From Octopus vulgaris (Eukaryota), in the NCBI GenBank assembly GCA_951406725.2, contig OX597824.1, positions 79,360,001 to 79,424,000 on the forward strand: a stretch of DNA of 64,000 nucleotides, given 5' to 3'. Shown piece after piece: positions 1-13,646 of the stretch. Position 1 is the first letter of the stretch. Every line of letters begins with the position of its first letter. The notes under the pieces were generated by a model. The model was given only the letters and a program-made list of their open reading frames with translations. It made no database searches and had not been told where the DNA came from. Position numbers and translations under genes: made by a program.

Positions 1-825
1 AGTTACGCACCGGGGTCGATGTAATCGACTTAATCCGTTTGTCTGTCCTTATTTGTCCACTCTGTGTTTAGCCCCTTGTGGGTAGTAAAGAAATATATAT
101 GCAGAAAATATGTGATACTCCTGTAAAGATATTTTGGTATCTTTAAACTACATGACTATAAAGATGTATTACAATTTATTTAACTCTATTGATACTAACA
201 CACCAAAAACTGCCTCTGGTTCTATGACACAAACTCACTGTTTTAAAGTGGTCTACATTAAAACTTTCCGTCAAAATGTCATATTAATTCATGCTCCAAA
301 CACCTGCATAATAACAAAATTATTTTAATAAATTCTTCACATTGTATTTCAACAGAAATATAACAAAAAGATAACAGGAATGTCACTGCTCTATAAATAT
401 ACCAGCACCAATTCAAACAAATATCTAACTGAATCAAATAGAGAAGCCTCTATATAGTCACTCAACTTGCTAGATGTAGCAGCAAAATCTCCAACAAATG
501 ACAAGATATTGTTTTTAAAAATGAAGGGCACACTGGATAGCCTAGTTCGAGATACAAATATCTGAAAAAAGACAGGATGATCTTCGTTATAATGTCTAAT
601 CATGTCTTGTTCAAGTGTTTTCATATAACAAAAGCTGCAGGTGAATTAGACTAAATGCACTACATATATATATATATAATTCAACATAAGTTATACTTGA
701 AAGCATTACTTATTTAATATTAAAGATTTCATTAAAAACAAATATCAATGTATTTAAACCAATTTATGGGCACCAAAAATGTAATAGATCCAAATGTTGC
801 AAACTTAATAAAGCTAACTCTATGC

Positions 826-1199
826 TGGCACAGTTGTGTTAGTTAAGAAGCTCGTTTTGCAACCAAATGGTTTCAGGTTCAGTCCCAGTGCATGGAACCA
901 CGGGCAAATGTCTTCTGTTACAGCCCCAAGCCAATCAATACTTTGTGAGTGAATTGGGCAGATGGAAACTGAGTAGAAGCCTGTCATATATAAGTATGTG
1001 TGTTTGTGTTTGCCCCCACCCCATCACAACTTGACAACTGGTGCTGGTTTGTTTACGTCCTCATAGCTAATCTGTTTCGGCAAAAGAAATTGATAGATTA
1101 AGTATCAGACTCTAAAGAATAAAATATGTCTGACTAAAACCCCATCAAAGCAGTGCTTCAGAATGGCTGAAGTCCAATGACTGAAACAAGTAGAAGATA
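826..1199 (+). mobile_element. SINE family A, older copy
   Basis: Collinear with 9321-9739 with CpG decay. Further copies or fragments at ~24785-25285(-), 25948-26106(+), 37795-37995(+), 49245-49385(+), 49905-50232(-), 54275-54380(-). Confidence 0.75.
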
Positions 1200-3025
1200 T
1201 ATGTTATCATGACAATCAGAAACATTGATTTAAATACAAAAGCATTAATTTTTTTTAAATACTGCTCATTATTTGTTTTGAATATCTATTTTCACTGTTA
1301 CTATGCGTTGTTGGACTAAATAACAATATGATTTTTATTTTGTGATTTGCTAATGTCTGATTTTCAAAAACAACATCCCTGAATATAGAAAATTAAAAGA
1401 CAAAAGTATTTCCCTCTCTCTCCCTCCCTCCCTCCCTCCTATGTTATTTTGCTTTAATAATGTATGAAGATAGAAAATATTCACAACATTGCTGTCAACC
1501 TGTCTAGGCCTGTCTTTTGGTTTTGATACAAAATTCAAGTTTCATGTTTAAATTAAAACCTTCCTCATAATTTAATAATAGACAGCAAAAATATTCCGAG
1601 TTACTTTCCTAAGACCAGTTTAATAAGAAAAAAAATTATTTTTACTAAATCCCTCTAAATTTTTATTTTTCAAAAAATTTAGCAGAAACATTTATAGGTC
1701 ATGTGTTTCATCAGAAAATTAAATTTTAAAATATTAAGTCAAATAGAATTAGTTAAAATAAACCAACAGCAAAAGAAATTTTAAGTAAATTTGCATTGTT
1801 TCTAATGTCTAGTTTCTGTGAGAAGAGGTCAAATATTGCAGTAGATGATATTATATAGAAACTGTCACATCAAAGAGCCAATAACCCAGAGATCTCATAT
1901 AGACAGCAATCACCAACGATTAAGCTGCCTGTGATTTTATAAATATATCTCACACACATACACACACACAAGTGTATATATGTAAGTGTATCATCATTTA
2001 ATAGTCATTTTCCATGCTTACATGGGTTGGACAGGTCTCACTGCATTTCGTCACATGTCATAGTTCTTCATCATCTGCTTTGTTAGGTTCAGCATCAGAA
2101 GTTCAGTGCTTTGAGCTTTCTCTCCAGAAGGTTGCTTCAATCTGTATCACTTAACACATTTTACATTTTTTAAATTTTTTATCAGAATCACATGTCCATA
2201 CCATCACCATCTTCACACTTGTTCTACAGTGGATTCCTAAGATGCCTAGATTTCCTGTCAGCATACATGCGCTCTGTTGCTTATGCATATTAACATATAT
2301 GTGCAGTAAAGCATACTCGCTTCATTTCTTTCTAAACTTCCAAACAAATAAATGTCAAATCACACCAAACTACATTTAAAAAAAGAAAAGAAAACAGTTT
2401 GGGATACACCACATCAGAAAAAAATAAGATGAAGTTGTCATGGCTGGAATGCTGTTGATCATAGACCTAACTGATCATTCATGGTTGTATTAGAGTTAAA
2501 CAACAGCTCGGAGAGGGAAAGTCACTACAAAGCTGACTATTCCTCAAGCTACTACATGACGAAATAGTTCGTTTGTTCCCCTGATTCAGTGATCTGATAG
2601 ACTTGCAGAACTAATTTTGTGTTTAATTCTGCTGCTTAAAGTAAAAACAATGAAAAAAAAGTTTCAATATCTAATTGACCATTTTAGAAACGCTTTTCTG
2701 GTAATTTACCTTCAACTTTAGATAGTTAAGCTAATTAACAGCTATCTAGATTAAATTACATCATAAGCCTAGGAAGAAGTCTATGCAAAGTCAATCAGCC
2801 TACTAAAAAATAGCAGCCAAATTTCCTTGAAACCAGACCTAATTATCTTGAAAAGGGAAGGACACATCTGATAATATAATCTGAGATACATTAGGTTTGA
2901 AGTGAGGAAATATGGTCAATGATGGAACGTGTATATTTTTCTTTCTAATGTCTCACACAGCAATGAAACAAGGTATCAAGTTGTCCTCAAAGAGGAAATA
3001 TCTCTAACAGAATGGAAGCTTTTAA

Positions 3026-3470
3026 ATCTTTAGCATTTAAACTGGCCATATCTGGCTCAAATATTTTTACTTGTTTTATGCTCAAACCAGCCAAATCTGG
3101 CCTTTAACATCTACCCTACAATGTCATTCTAAAAACAAACAATCAGATCATTGATATCTTGAAGTTATGAGACAATGAATGATTTAATTTAAAACAATGT
3201 GAATGAATAAGCAATACATATTCAGAGTAATCTGAATGCTAAAGGATTAACTCTTTCATTACAGTATTTATTTTGAGATGTTCTGTGTTTCTTTCAATTA
3301 ATTTTAAATATAACAGAGAATTTAGTAAAATAACTTAGTTATCAATAAGCTGGTTTTAGGAACATAAATTGTGACTAAGGTTCAGTGGAAGATTTTAATT
3401 CATAACTTATGAAAACAAACCATTTGTATTAGAGCCAGAGGCAGTTTCAGCCGGGTTGATATCAAAAGGG
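3026..3470. mobile_element. Two adjacent piggyBac-type MITEs sharing a TTAA (3026-3246 and 3251-3470)
   Basis: ttaa-atcttttagcatt...aatgctaaagga-TTAA-ctctttcattac...atcaaaaggg. Confidence 0.7.
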
Positions 3471-4267
3471 TGAAAGGTGTCCAAGCCCCAGATGGGTGGT
3501 TTTACTGTTGTTTAGCTCCAGGTCAGCCCTGATTGAGTAGACCTATGATCAAAGCAGTCCAGCTACATTAACACCCTTTTCCTTTTCTTTTTTCTTAGGG
3601 TTACATTATCCAATATATCCCTCCCATTTTTAAGATGGCAGAACATGATCCAAGAGAGAGTTTTGGCCACCGTCTGTAGTAAGTCCAGCAACCAAGAAGA
3701 GGCTCTCACTTTGGCTTGAGATGCTAGAGTCAGTCATACATTGGCTAAATTAAGAATGACCACTAACTTAAATGACAACACTGCCGCCCCTTACTTAACC
3801 AGCCTGATGTAAAAACATTATGTGGAATGGAGTTTACATGCTTTGATTAAAACATTACTCTTCAAAAACACTTGATATTTAGTATTAAGGAAAATCTGCC
3901 CTCAAAATACTGACTACTGCTTAAAAATCTTAAGAGGAAGTAGTTACTATTTCAAGCAGTCTACATATTACGTGACTCTCCATAGATTAATTTTTTTTTT
4001 GTGCATGTGTGTGTGTGTTTGTGTATCTAAGTTTTCTGAATTTTATATTTCTATGCAGTTTGCATTATATCTAATGACACTCTGTATTGATTCTACTTAC
4101 ACTGTATGTAGTACAAAGAATTCAAATAATGCAATAGTTAAAATATATATGTATATATATTAAACTAAGGAACTTCATATGTTTACAGATCTAATAATGT
4201 TTTCTGCATAAATAAAGCAAAACAGTTGATGGTTGAGTGTAACAATTATAAAACAGAGAGTACTTAC

Positions 4268-4367
4268 TACAAAACCCACATTTGCTCCAAATGAGTGTCT
4301 CGTGCAGTGTGGGCAGACTTAAACCAATGGCAGTAACAAATACAATCACCGAAGGACAGACAGCCAT
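4268..4367 (-). CDS. Candidate first coding exon (MAVCPSVIVFVTAIGLSLPTLHETLIWSKCGFC + 1 nt), product unknown
   Basis: ATG in good context (tgcATGG), 100 nt open, phase-1 GTAAGT donor (4267-4262); unique sequence that retains CpG in a CpG-poor region. Confidence 0.3.
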
Positions 4368-4724
4368 GCAACTAGCTTTTATAAGTAGGCCAAACCTGTT
4401 ACTGCATAATAATAAGTGCAAAAACGCCTATTGGAATAAAAATAGTCAGTAACAACAGCCGTATTTCTTTTGGGTGGGTGTCTGGAGGAAGGTGCTGTGT
4501 ACACTGCTTCTGCAAATCCTCTTGAGAGAGGTAAAATTGACGCAGTTAATGTTCCTCATGAATAGATGCAATTTGAAAACATACACTATACATACAAACA
4601 GATACTATATATACATATATGTGTATATGTATATATATGTGTGTTTCGTTTTTCTTGTTTCAGCTCAGAGCTGCAGCCATGCTGATGCACCGCCGTTGTA
4701 TGTATATGTATATGTGTGTGTATG

Positions 4725-4769
<45 letters not shown>

Positions 4770-4883
4770 TTATTATTTGAGGGAATATAAATCCAAACTA
4801 ACAGGGAAAAAAATTCAATTTAGAAATACTAAATCAAATTTCACACAATATAATACATAAATAAAAAAAATTAGAAATTTCTA

Positions 4884-4923
<40 letters not shown>

Positions 4924-5975
4924 TAGATATACCTACAGATTTAGACACATTAAATGCCACTGACTAATGAACAATGGAGCCTTTACATGGTTGCCTGACC
5001 AGTGAGAAATACCAATAAATCCCTCTCAAATAGATACTACATGCCCTTAAAAAAAATGTCACGGAGATGGTGGGGAATTCCTTTTTTTTTTTTATAAGTC
5101 GATGAGGGATGATCAAGGAAGTGGGGGAGTCTAAACAGTAAAAACAACCACCCAACAGAACCAAACATTCATAACATAACATTCCAGAAACACTGCTAAA
5201 GCACACCCATGCACTGATTTATATATCCAATTGCTAACCAACTAAAATTAGTATGCAGAGCAGATGCTCCATAGTATTAACTCTGAGAAAGAATACAAGA
5301 TTCATAAATCAAAATAACGCTGAACACAAGTAAGATAAGAGAAAACTAACAGCAAACTATCCAAGACATATGGTGCTGCCAATATGGTTAAATGCTAGAT
5401 TAATATATTTAGTTTTCTAAATATTAGACAGTTATTATTTCAAATACCAATTTTCAACACTGCAGTTATAACTCAGATATTGTATTTTTTGGCTATTTTT
5501 ATAACAAGTGTAAAATTAATGATAATAATTCAGAAATCATAACTTTAAAATAGCAGAGAGTCTATATGTATAGTACCAAACATATTACTAACACCAATCC
5601 AAGAAATATTAAGACCATAATTCTTTCCTTCTTAAGATATATTTTTTAATCATTTTTTTAACAAATAAATTTACTGATTATTCTTTTATCGACACAAGTA
5701 TTTTAAGCACACTTTACCATGCTAGCATGGGTTAGATGGGTATTTTGCACTTGCTATGGTCCCTCATCATCACTTCTGTCCAGCATCCTAAGGCCAGACC
5801 TCACCACTTCTTCCCGCATTATCTTCAGGTTCTTCTTCTGTAGACTCTTTCCACTTGTATTGTTTGATACTCATCTACTCAACTACCACTTTTCATATGC
5901 ATCACATGCCCTTGCCAACACAGTATTTTCTCTAGCATACTTATTTCTTCAATGCCCGGTTTTTCTTTCACTCCA

Positions 5976-6385
5976 TCATTATGACGAAAGGCTGAAGACG
6001 CTCAACCTTTATTCTCTAGAAAAACGCCGCCGCCGTGGTGATCTCGTTCTTGCTCACAACATCATAAGCGGAAAGTGTAACCTCTCGAAAGAGCTGTTCT
6101 TCACTCCAGCTCCAGAGCGTAGGCTGCGGAGTCACTCCGAAAAACTATCTGTGACGATTTCATCTCAATTGAAGGAGAGGGTCTTTCTCCGTCCGGGTTG
6201 TGGATCCGAGGAATAAGCTGCCGGACGAGATAGTGAAGATGCCGACGACCGCTCGGTTCAAAGTCTCTCTTGACCAGAAATGGCCTGAACTCTTTGCATG
6301 AACACCCCAGTACATAACTCCATGTCCCCCTACATGGCCTTGCTTTCTGCTTTTTGAACCAAAAAATTAACTTAACTTAACTTAA
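5976..6385 (+). mobile_element. 5'-truncated CR1/L2-group LINE 3' end
   Basis: Translates YDERLKTLNLYSLEKRRRRGDLVLAHNII...RRLRSHSEKL (typical CR1-group ORF2 C-terminus); CpG-rich (young); (TTAAC)n tail; appears inserted in an older RTE relic (~5700-6450). Confidence 0.85.
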
Positions 6386-7264
6386 CATCCAGTGGAGCAG
6401 ACTCACCTCATTTTCCAGCCTCCACACATCCTTCACATCCAGTGCTCACGTCTCATTTACCATTTTTTTTGTTTTCTTTTTGAAGTGCAACAGTGCACTC
6501 ACAAAAAAATATAAGCCATAGAAAATTAATTACTAGGCTGCAGCCAAGTTGGAGCATCACACAAATTCAAAAGTACAGTTGATTATATCGACCTCAGTAC
6601 TTGATAGGTACTTACTTTATTGGCTTCAATAAAACACGAAAACATGAAAAGCCTAGCTGATCAGGAATCAATATTAAAGATCAATATTAAAATTTATCTT
6701 AGACAATTATTGACTGTTGTATGCCAACACAAAAAAAAACCATCACTACTTTCTCCAGACTAATTTTTCTCTGTCCAGCTATTTGTGTATGCCATAAACA
6801 AACTAAGATTGATTTATTCAGAAAGTATTTTTTATTCCATAAAATACAGTAGCTATGAGGGTGCAATGGATACTAGACTATTGAACACTTGGTCATAAGT
6901 TCAGACTTTGACTGAATAAAAACTAGATTCCTACTATTTCCTAGTTCAGTGATTTCTTAAAACAAATAAGCCATACATACACCTATGCAAGCATAAAAGA
7001 AAAAAAGATTGGATTAAATACATTTGTTAACACTTTCTTTTTCTAACCATAGTTTTCTCAGATTTTGTTTGTTCTATTTTTCTTTGTGTGTGCATGTACA
7101 TACATGCAGGCAAGTGCAGGCATGACTGTACAGCGAAGAAGTCTGCTCCACAACCATGTGGTTTCGGATTCATGACACCGTGAATAACTTCTACTATAGC
7201 CTCAGCACAATCAATGTCTTGGGTGAAATTTGGTAGACAGAAACTGTATGGGAACCTGTCAAGA

Positions 7265-7308
<44 letters not shown>

Positions 7309-7534
7309 CTGCATGCCTTCACATTGACATGACTAAGGTAGTGTGTAACAATGCTTATGTCCTATATAAACAGAAGATTGACAGTTTAATGGTTCATGAA
7401 AAGTCGTGGGGTAGAGACCTTACTAGAAAAACAAGTATCAGTGTTAGGACAGGCATCAAACTATATATATAACCATGCCAACATGACATGCACAACAAAC
7501 TTAATCACTATTCCTGCTATTGTGTACTAGATGA

Positions 7535-7875
7535 TAAGGGTAAAGAGCCCCTTCGGTCATGAATGACCATGGGATTGCACCTAGAAAGTTTCCCTCCAAG
7601 GCAAAAGTCCAGGCAAGGTTGTTTATGGAAGACCAGCAGTTGCCCGTGCTTACCAGCCTTCTCTCCACATGTTACCAATGTTGTCCAAGGGAAAAAGTAA
7701 AGGCGAATACAGCTTGGCACCAGTAATGTTGGAACTCATTTCTACATCTGAGTGTTACTGGAGTAACATGAAATAAAGTGTCTTAATCAAGAACACAACA
7801 CACAGCCCGGTCCAGGAATCGAACTCACTGCCTCATGATAGTGAGCCTGACACTCTAACCACTGAGCCATGTGTC
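7535..7875 (-). mobile_element. Older SINE with family C-like head and a third tail type
   Basis: Head reverse complement cagcccggtccaggaatcgaactc...ctctaaccactgagccatg; another relative at ~11385-11650. Confidence 0.7.
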
Positions 7876-7966
7876 TTAACCAGCTGATTAAAGACTACAA
7901 CAAAAGGAAGACACAGTAGAACATTTACATTATTTACATTTGACAGATATTTGTCATCTTGTTTGT

Positions 7967-8012
7967 TAAACAATGTTTCGGCTGATAAACCCTCCAGCCT
8001 TCATCAGGTGTC
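7967..8012 (-). ncRNA. Minimal hammerhead motif, core retained, stems I/III mutated
   Basis: Minus strand GACAC-CUGAUGA-A-GGCUG gaggguuuau CAGCC-GAAA-CA-UU-GUUU. Confidence 0.6.
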
Positions 8013-8050
8013 TTGGGGAAATTTTGAACCTGGGTTTGAAATTTCTCCAA

Positions 8051-8096
8051 GACACCTGATGAAGGCTGGAGGGTATATCAGCCAAAATGTTGTGTT
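8051..8096 (+). ncRNA. Minimal hammerhead motif, decayed (GAAACG to AAAATG)
   Basis: GACAC-CUGAUGA-A-GGCUG gaggguauau CAGCC-AAAA-UG-UU-GUGUU; both defects fit CpG decay of CGAAACGUU. Confidence 0.6.
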
Positions 8097-9263
8097 AACA
8101 ACAAACAAGATGAGGACAAATATCTGTCAAATGTAAATACCTCATCTCTTAAATATAAAACAGTAGAACATGTTCAACCCATGCTAGCAAGGAAAAAACA
8201 GAGATGATGATGATGATAATAGTGGTGGTGGTGCTAAGAAAGAGTATATTGCATTAAATGCTATTCTATATCCTTCTTATAAAGTTATCCACTTAAATAT
8301 ACATTTTTTCCTGTCTTTTGACTTAACAGCTGAGTTGTCCATTTACAAAAAGTAGATTAAAAAATAATATTATTATCATTATTATTATTATTATTGAGGG
8401 CATCAGTAGCTTGCAGGGTTATTTATGAACCCTGGAGGATGTGAAGTGAGATCAGCTTCATTCTAGGGGACAATGTGGTGGGTCAGAACATGCTCCTGCA
8501 GAAGGATCTGCGGGGCTACTTGCATCTAGTATGGGAAAATTTCTGGCCTAGGTTTGAAAGAAATGCTTAGAAGTGTTTTTTCTGGTTCTTTACATTCTGA
8601 GTTCAAATCCTTCTATTCAAATAACTTTGCTTGTTATCATTTCAGGGTTTCTAAGATAATCCTTTCTACTATAAGCACAAGGCCTGAAACTTTGGGGGGA
8701 GGGGGCAAGTCGAATACATTGACCCCAGTGCATAACTGATACTTATTTCATTAACACCAAAAGAATGAAAGACAAAGTGAACCTCAGCAGAATTTGAACT
8801 TAAAAAATAAAGATGGACAAAATGCTATTAAGCATTTTACCCGGTGTACTAACAATTCTGTCACAAAATTTTAGGTCCTGTACCTCTTTAGTAGAAAGAA
8901 TTATAATTATTTCTACTAACAGAGTGGATAATTGACAAATTAGTAAAGTGGTGAACAAAATATAGTATTTAGCAACATCTCAAATTCCAAATTCAAATCT
9001 TCAGATCAGCTTTGCCGTCATCATCTCAAGGATATAAGTCAATATAATCCTTATCCCAACATTTCCAGCATGTTAAAACCCCTTATTATTACTACTATTT
9101 GCAAGGAAACAAAAATAGCAAAAATGTAAGGGCATGGAAATAAACACCTACATTCTTGAGTTCAAACCCCACTGAAGTAATAAGCACATACTGCAGTTGA
9201 TTCAATCAAAATCAAAGCCATCCATAAAAAATCTGAGATTATGAGTCAATATATTACTACTTG

Positions 9264-9320
<57 letters not shown>

Positions 9321-9321
<1 letters not shown>

Positions 9322-9536
9322 TCTTTTCTCTTTTACTCTTTTACTTGTTTCAGTCATTTGACTGCGGCCATGCTGGAGCACCGCCTTTAGTCGATCAACT
9401 CGACCCCGGGACTTATTCTTTGTAAGCCCAGTACTTATTATATCGGTCTCTTTTGCCAAACCGCTAAGTGACGGGGACGTAAACACACCAGCATCGGTTG
9501 TCAAGCAATGCTAGGGGGACAAACACAGACACACAA

Positions 9537-9569
<33 letters not shown>

Positions 9570-9739
9570 CATATATACGACAGGCTTCTTTCAGTCTCCG
9601 TCAACCAAATCCACTCACAAGGCATTGGTCGGCCCGGGGCTATAGCAGAAGACACTTGCCCAAGATGCCAAGATGCAGTGGGACTGAACCCGCAACCATG
9701 TGGTTGGTTAGCAAGCTACTTACCACACAGCCACTCCTG
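9321..9739 (-). mobile_element. tRNA-derived SINE family A, near full length
   Basis: tRNA-like head (GTGGCTGTGTGGTAAG...GGTTCAGTCCC), internal (TA/CA)n, tail ...GACTGAAACAAGTAAAAGAG; resembles described Octopus SINEs. Confidence 0.85.
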
Positions 9740-11144
9740 AGAAAAAATATATACACATACTAAGATAAAGTGGTGAAACAGTACAGTACCAGACTTGATG
9801 CATAACAATATTTACTTTGATTCCTCTATATTCTGCATTCAAATAACTTCAGAATACACTTCAACACACCAGGATCATGCCATGGACAAAAAAATAAAAC
9901 AAGGCATGAAGAATGTAAATACTTTTTATATTACTTCTAAGCCATTAGCATTTAAACTGGCCCAAATATTGTTTTATGTTCAAAATGGCCAGATCCAGCC
10001 TAATAATGCACACACAAAAAAAGACATGATGGTCATGACTGGAATGCCTTTGAACATGTCAGCTCAACCAGAGCCAACCTGGGGCTAAATAACAAATAAA
10101 ATATGAGGAAAAAAAAACTTTGTTAACTATTCAAAATTTGAAGATAGTCTTCGTACCAATAGACTTGATCAACAAATGCTTTAACTATTGAATATTGTAC
10201 TAAGAAGTGGGGTATCTAACTATGAAGTATTTAACTATTGAAGAAAAAAGTAAACACTCAATCTAGGAAACAAGTGGTTGTTTAAATATTTGCTTTAAAC
10301 CACAATGAGCCAACTAGAGAGCCTCTATGTGGTCACTTGATATGCTAGAAATAGCAACCAAATCTCCTTCAGATCACCCCCATTGTCTTAAACAAGGATG
10401 CATATACAACCACCCTGGACCAAAGTGCACCTGAGAGTAATGGTGATTAAGGAATAAATCCACACTCCAGAGAATACCTGGGTACCTGAACTTAAGCCTT
10501 GACATTGGATGTTGTTTGTCTTGCCCAGGGCAGTATAGTTTTAGATACCTTTAAAGACTGAATAAAAAGGGTGAATAAATTTTACCACAGGTTTTCTTAA
10601 GGTTGAACTAGGGCCAAACAATTAGTAGTGATCAGCAACAACTAAAGTCAGTTGAGTAAAAACAGAATATTGTTCAGGGCAGAGCTTTTTGTTATAGAAG
10701 AAATTTCCTCTCTGACTAAGGGTCCTACATAAAATGCTAGAGCTCTCTTCTTAGAGAAACACTAATCAATCCAATTTTGTGAACTTAATTATTTTAAAAT
10801 ATATTGGTACCGATTATCAAAGTTTCTTGAACAATATCATTTTCATCATTATCTGAATTTGAAAGAAAGTATACAAAAGAAACTGAAATCCTGTTCTGTT
10901 TCTTCATCAAGTTTCACTGATAGACAGTTGATGTTGCTATTGTTGTTGTTTTTTTAACCACGAGCAGCCCACATTGAGCAGACTTGTCATCAAGAGCATT
11001 TTCTATGATCTCAAGTTTTAGTCAAATATAGTGTGTATATAAGACCCCATTATACAATGTGCACTTCCTCTTTCTTAAAAATGATAGGGTAAAATTAAAG
11101 TGAAATTTGGCTGTTATTTCTAGCTGATCAATCACTTATGTAGA

Positions 11145-11351
11145 CTAGGGGTTCTCAACCTTTCTAATAAGTGAGCCAAATCCAAAACCTGGATTTTGGA
11201 GGGGTCCACACCAAAAGAAAGTAAAACACAAGTTAATTGAAGAAAATTTATTATATTTATATAAGGAAGACTATTGAGGGCTGCCAGAAGCTTGAGGGTC
11301 AGATGCTTGAGGGTCACATGTGGCCCCAGGAGCCATGGCTGAGAACCACCA
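11145..11351. mobile_element. hAT (Charlie-like) MITE relic
   Basis: Ends ctaggggttctcaacc / ggctgagaaccacc; a similar relic lies at ~43126-43385. Confidence 0.55.
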
Positions 11352-12369
11352 ATGGAGATACTCATATGATAGACTCGCCCATTGAGTGTTCAGCTTTTGC
11401 TGAATGATTTGCACACATGATTTGTTTATAATGATCAAATGTATATGCTGTACACTAACTCACTCCCTCCATCAAATCAATGCTACCTGAACAGGTGCAC
11501 AGTGTACCACATGTCCAGTGTTGAAGAGATCACAGAGCAACACGAGATGAAGTATTTTTGATTAAGAACATAATGCACCACCCGGTCTGGGAATTGAAAC
11601 CACAATCTCGCAATCTTGAATGCAACACCCTAACCATTAGGCCATGCATCCTCATAGACCAACCTTTTGATACTAGATAACTTTAATTATTATCCTAGCA
11701 CTGGCTATATCTGTGCAAACACTACAATACAGCACAGCATAGTATTCAAAGTATTCATAACTGGCATTATAAACAAAACACTTTACAGAATGAGGAATTG
11801 ACTGCCAGTGAAAGTGTACACACACACACTCGCACGCAGTGCACACACACAAATATATATAAAGATATGTAAACATGTAGAAATTTTGGCAAACTTTTAC
11901 TCACAAATGTTAAGAAAACATGGTATCTGTGTGATTGAGGGTTTAGGATTTAGATAGTGTCGAAGAAAAAAAAACAGCAATTCTGATGCTGTTTTTCATA
12001 TCTTTCCACTATCGTTGGTGAAATAGCAAGCTATTCTGATAACAAGAATCTTTTAAGATATAATCTCAAGATGGTAGCTCTTACATTATATTTCATTAAG
12101 TTATTAATCTACGAAATGCAACCGGATCTGTCAGATGACTAGTTGTTCTGTCATGCCTTGATAATTGATAGTGCTTTATTAACATTATTCTTGTTGTTAC
12201 TGCTGTGGTTGTTGTTGTTGCTGTACTAACTCTTTACATTCTCAGTTCAAATCCTGCCAAGGTCAGTAAAATAAGATACAATTCAAGTACTGAAGTCAAT
12301 ATAATCAACTCACACCCACTTCCACAAAACTACTAGTCTTGTACCTAATTTAAAGTAACTATCATTATT

Positions 12370-12635
12370 GTATTTCGTTTTTGGATTTGGTTTGCAAAAA
12401 TTCTTTATATGAGTTCGTGTGTTGAAGCATATTCTATTGTGTCTAGGGAGAGTCATTTTCTTTTTGTGCCTTATATTATAACACACTCACCGGTAAAATT
12501 TCCACTTTTTTCTTATTTTTATTTTCCTAAAATTTCCGTTGCATCTTGCAACCTTTTCAATAGTTTTGACTATAATTAGTGTGTTATATTATAAGGCACA
12601 AAAAGAAAATGACTCTCCCCAGACACAACAGAATA
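12370..12635. mobile_element. PLE-type foldback element with ~56-bp inverted arms
   Basis: 12430-12486 (tattctattgtgtctagggagagtcattttc...ataacacac) is inverted at 12579-12635; related fragments near 18945-18995 and 54880-54942. Confidence 0.65.
12527..12563 (-). ncRNA. Minimal hammerhead variant with U3-A8 pair
   Basis: Minus strand CUA-UUGAAAA-G-GUUGCA AGA UGCAAC-GGAA-AU-UU-UAG; stem I CUA/UAG, 6-bp stem II, GAAA changed to GGAA. Confidence 0.5.
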
Positions 12636-13414
12636 ATTATTGTAGTTGCTGTTTTTAGCTTGGAATGGGCACTTGGTAGTAAGAGTAATCCTGGATCTGT
12701 GGGGTTCCTTGACTGACCATAAGTGGTTGTACTCTGTATGAAACACATGATTTCATGCTTGCCTTTTACGTAATCAATTCTGCATAGCCCTGACCTTTTC
12801 TTGTAATTTATTCAAGTAACATCTATCCCCTCGATCTGTTGCCTTTGTGGCAAATGAAAAAAAAATCATCATTATTATTAAGCAAAATGCTATGAAATAC
12901 TTCCATCCATTTACACTGTGAGTTCAAATCTCAAGGTAAACTTTGTCTATAACCTTCTTGGATTCACTTAACTACGAAAATCAAATCAATTGACAGTTCC
13001 CTATTCCAGTTGCCTCCAAAAGTTGGTGGACTTGTGTCAGTTATCACTAATATGGACAAATGCTAAATTAAACAGCTAAAAATATCCATCTATGTTCACC
13101 ACCCACTATTCTCAGGAGAGCTGTGGGGTTAGAGACCTCAGGCACTTCCTCTATAAAAAAAAAACTGTTACAACACTTAATTTCTGAATTCTGAAACATG
13201 ATCAACTGAAACTATAAATGCTAGTGGGACCCATGAATATTTCACGGAATTAATGGTAAACTTAGTGAGTTATTTCTGAAAACTCTACCCCCAAAATGTG
13301 AAAGCCTAGCCCATGTTGTGTCTGTATCAAAAGATAGTTGCTCATCTGCTAATCATTGAAAAGTGAAGGAAATTGGAAAACACCAATTACTTAATGCACT
13401 TTATATATATATAA

Positions 13415-13646
13415 ATACACCAATCCGACCGTGGCCGTTGCCAGCCTCGCCTGGCACCTGTGCAGGTGGCACGTAAAAAGCACCCACTACACTCACGGAG
13501 TGGTTGGCATTAGGAAGGGCATCCAGCTGTAGAAACATTGCCAGATAAGACTGGAGCCTGGTGCAGCCTTCTGGCTTCCCAGATCCCCGGTCGAACCGTC
13601 CAACCCATGCTAGCATGGAGAACGGACGTTATAACGATGATGATGA
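13415..13646 (+). mobile_element. RTE-tailed SINE-like element
   Basis: Ends ccaacccatgctagcatggag...gacgtt..aacgatgatgatg. Copies at ~20125-20400(-), 38905-39110(+), 62000-62120(+); degenerate versions at ~7105-7490 and 63370-63918. Confidence 0.75.

Larger units (their letters stand above)
7925..8159. mobile_element. Palindromic PLE-type foldback element with one minimal hammerhead per arm
   Basis: Arms ~7931-8025 and ~8038-8139 are reverse complements; 12-bp direct repeat acagtagaacat at 7913-7924 and 8160-8171 is a candidate TSD. Confidence 0.75.

Noticed and set aside
391-624. 77-aa ORF with ordinary-looking composition
   Set aside because: Overlaps a degenerate family D repeat (ttgctagatgtagcagcaaaatctcc).
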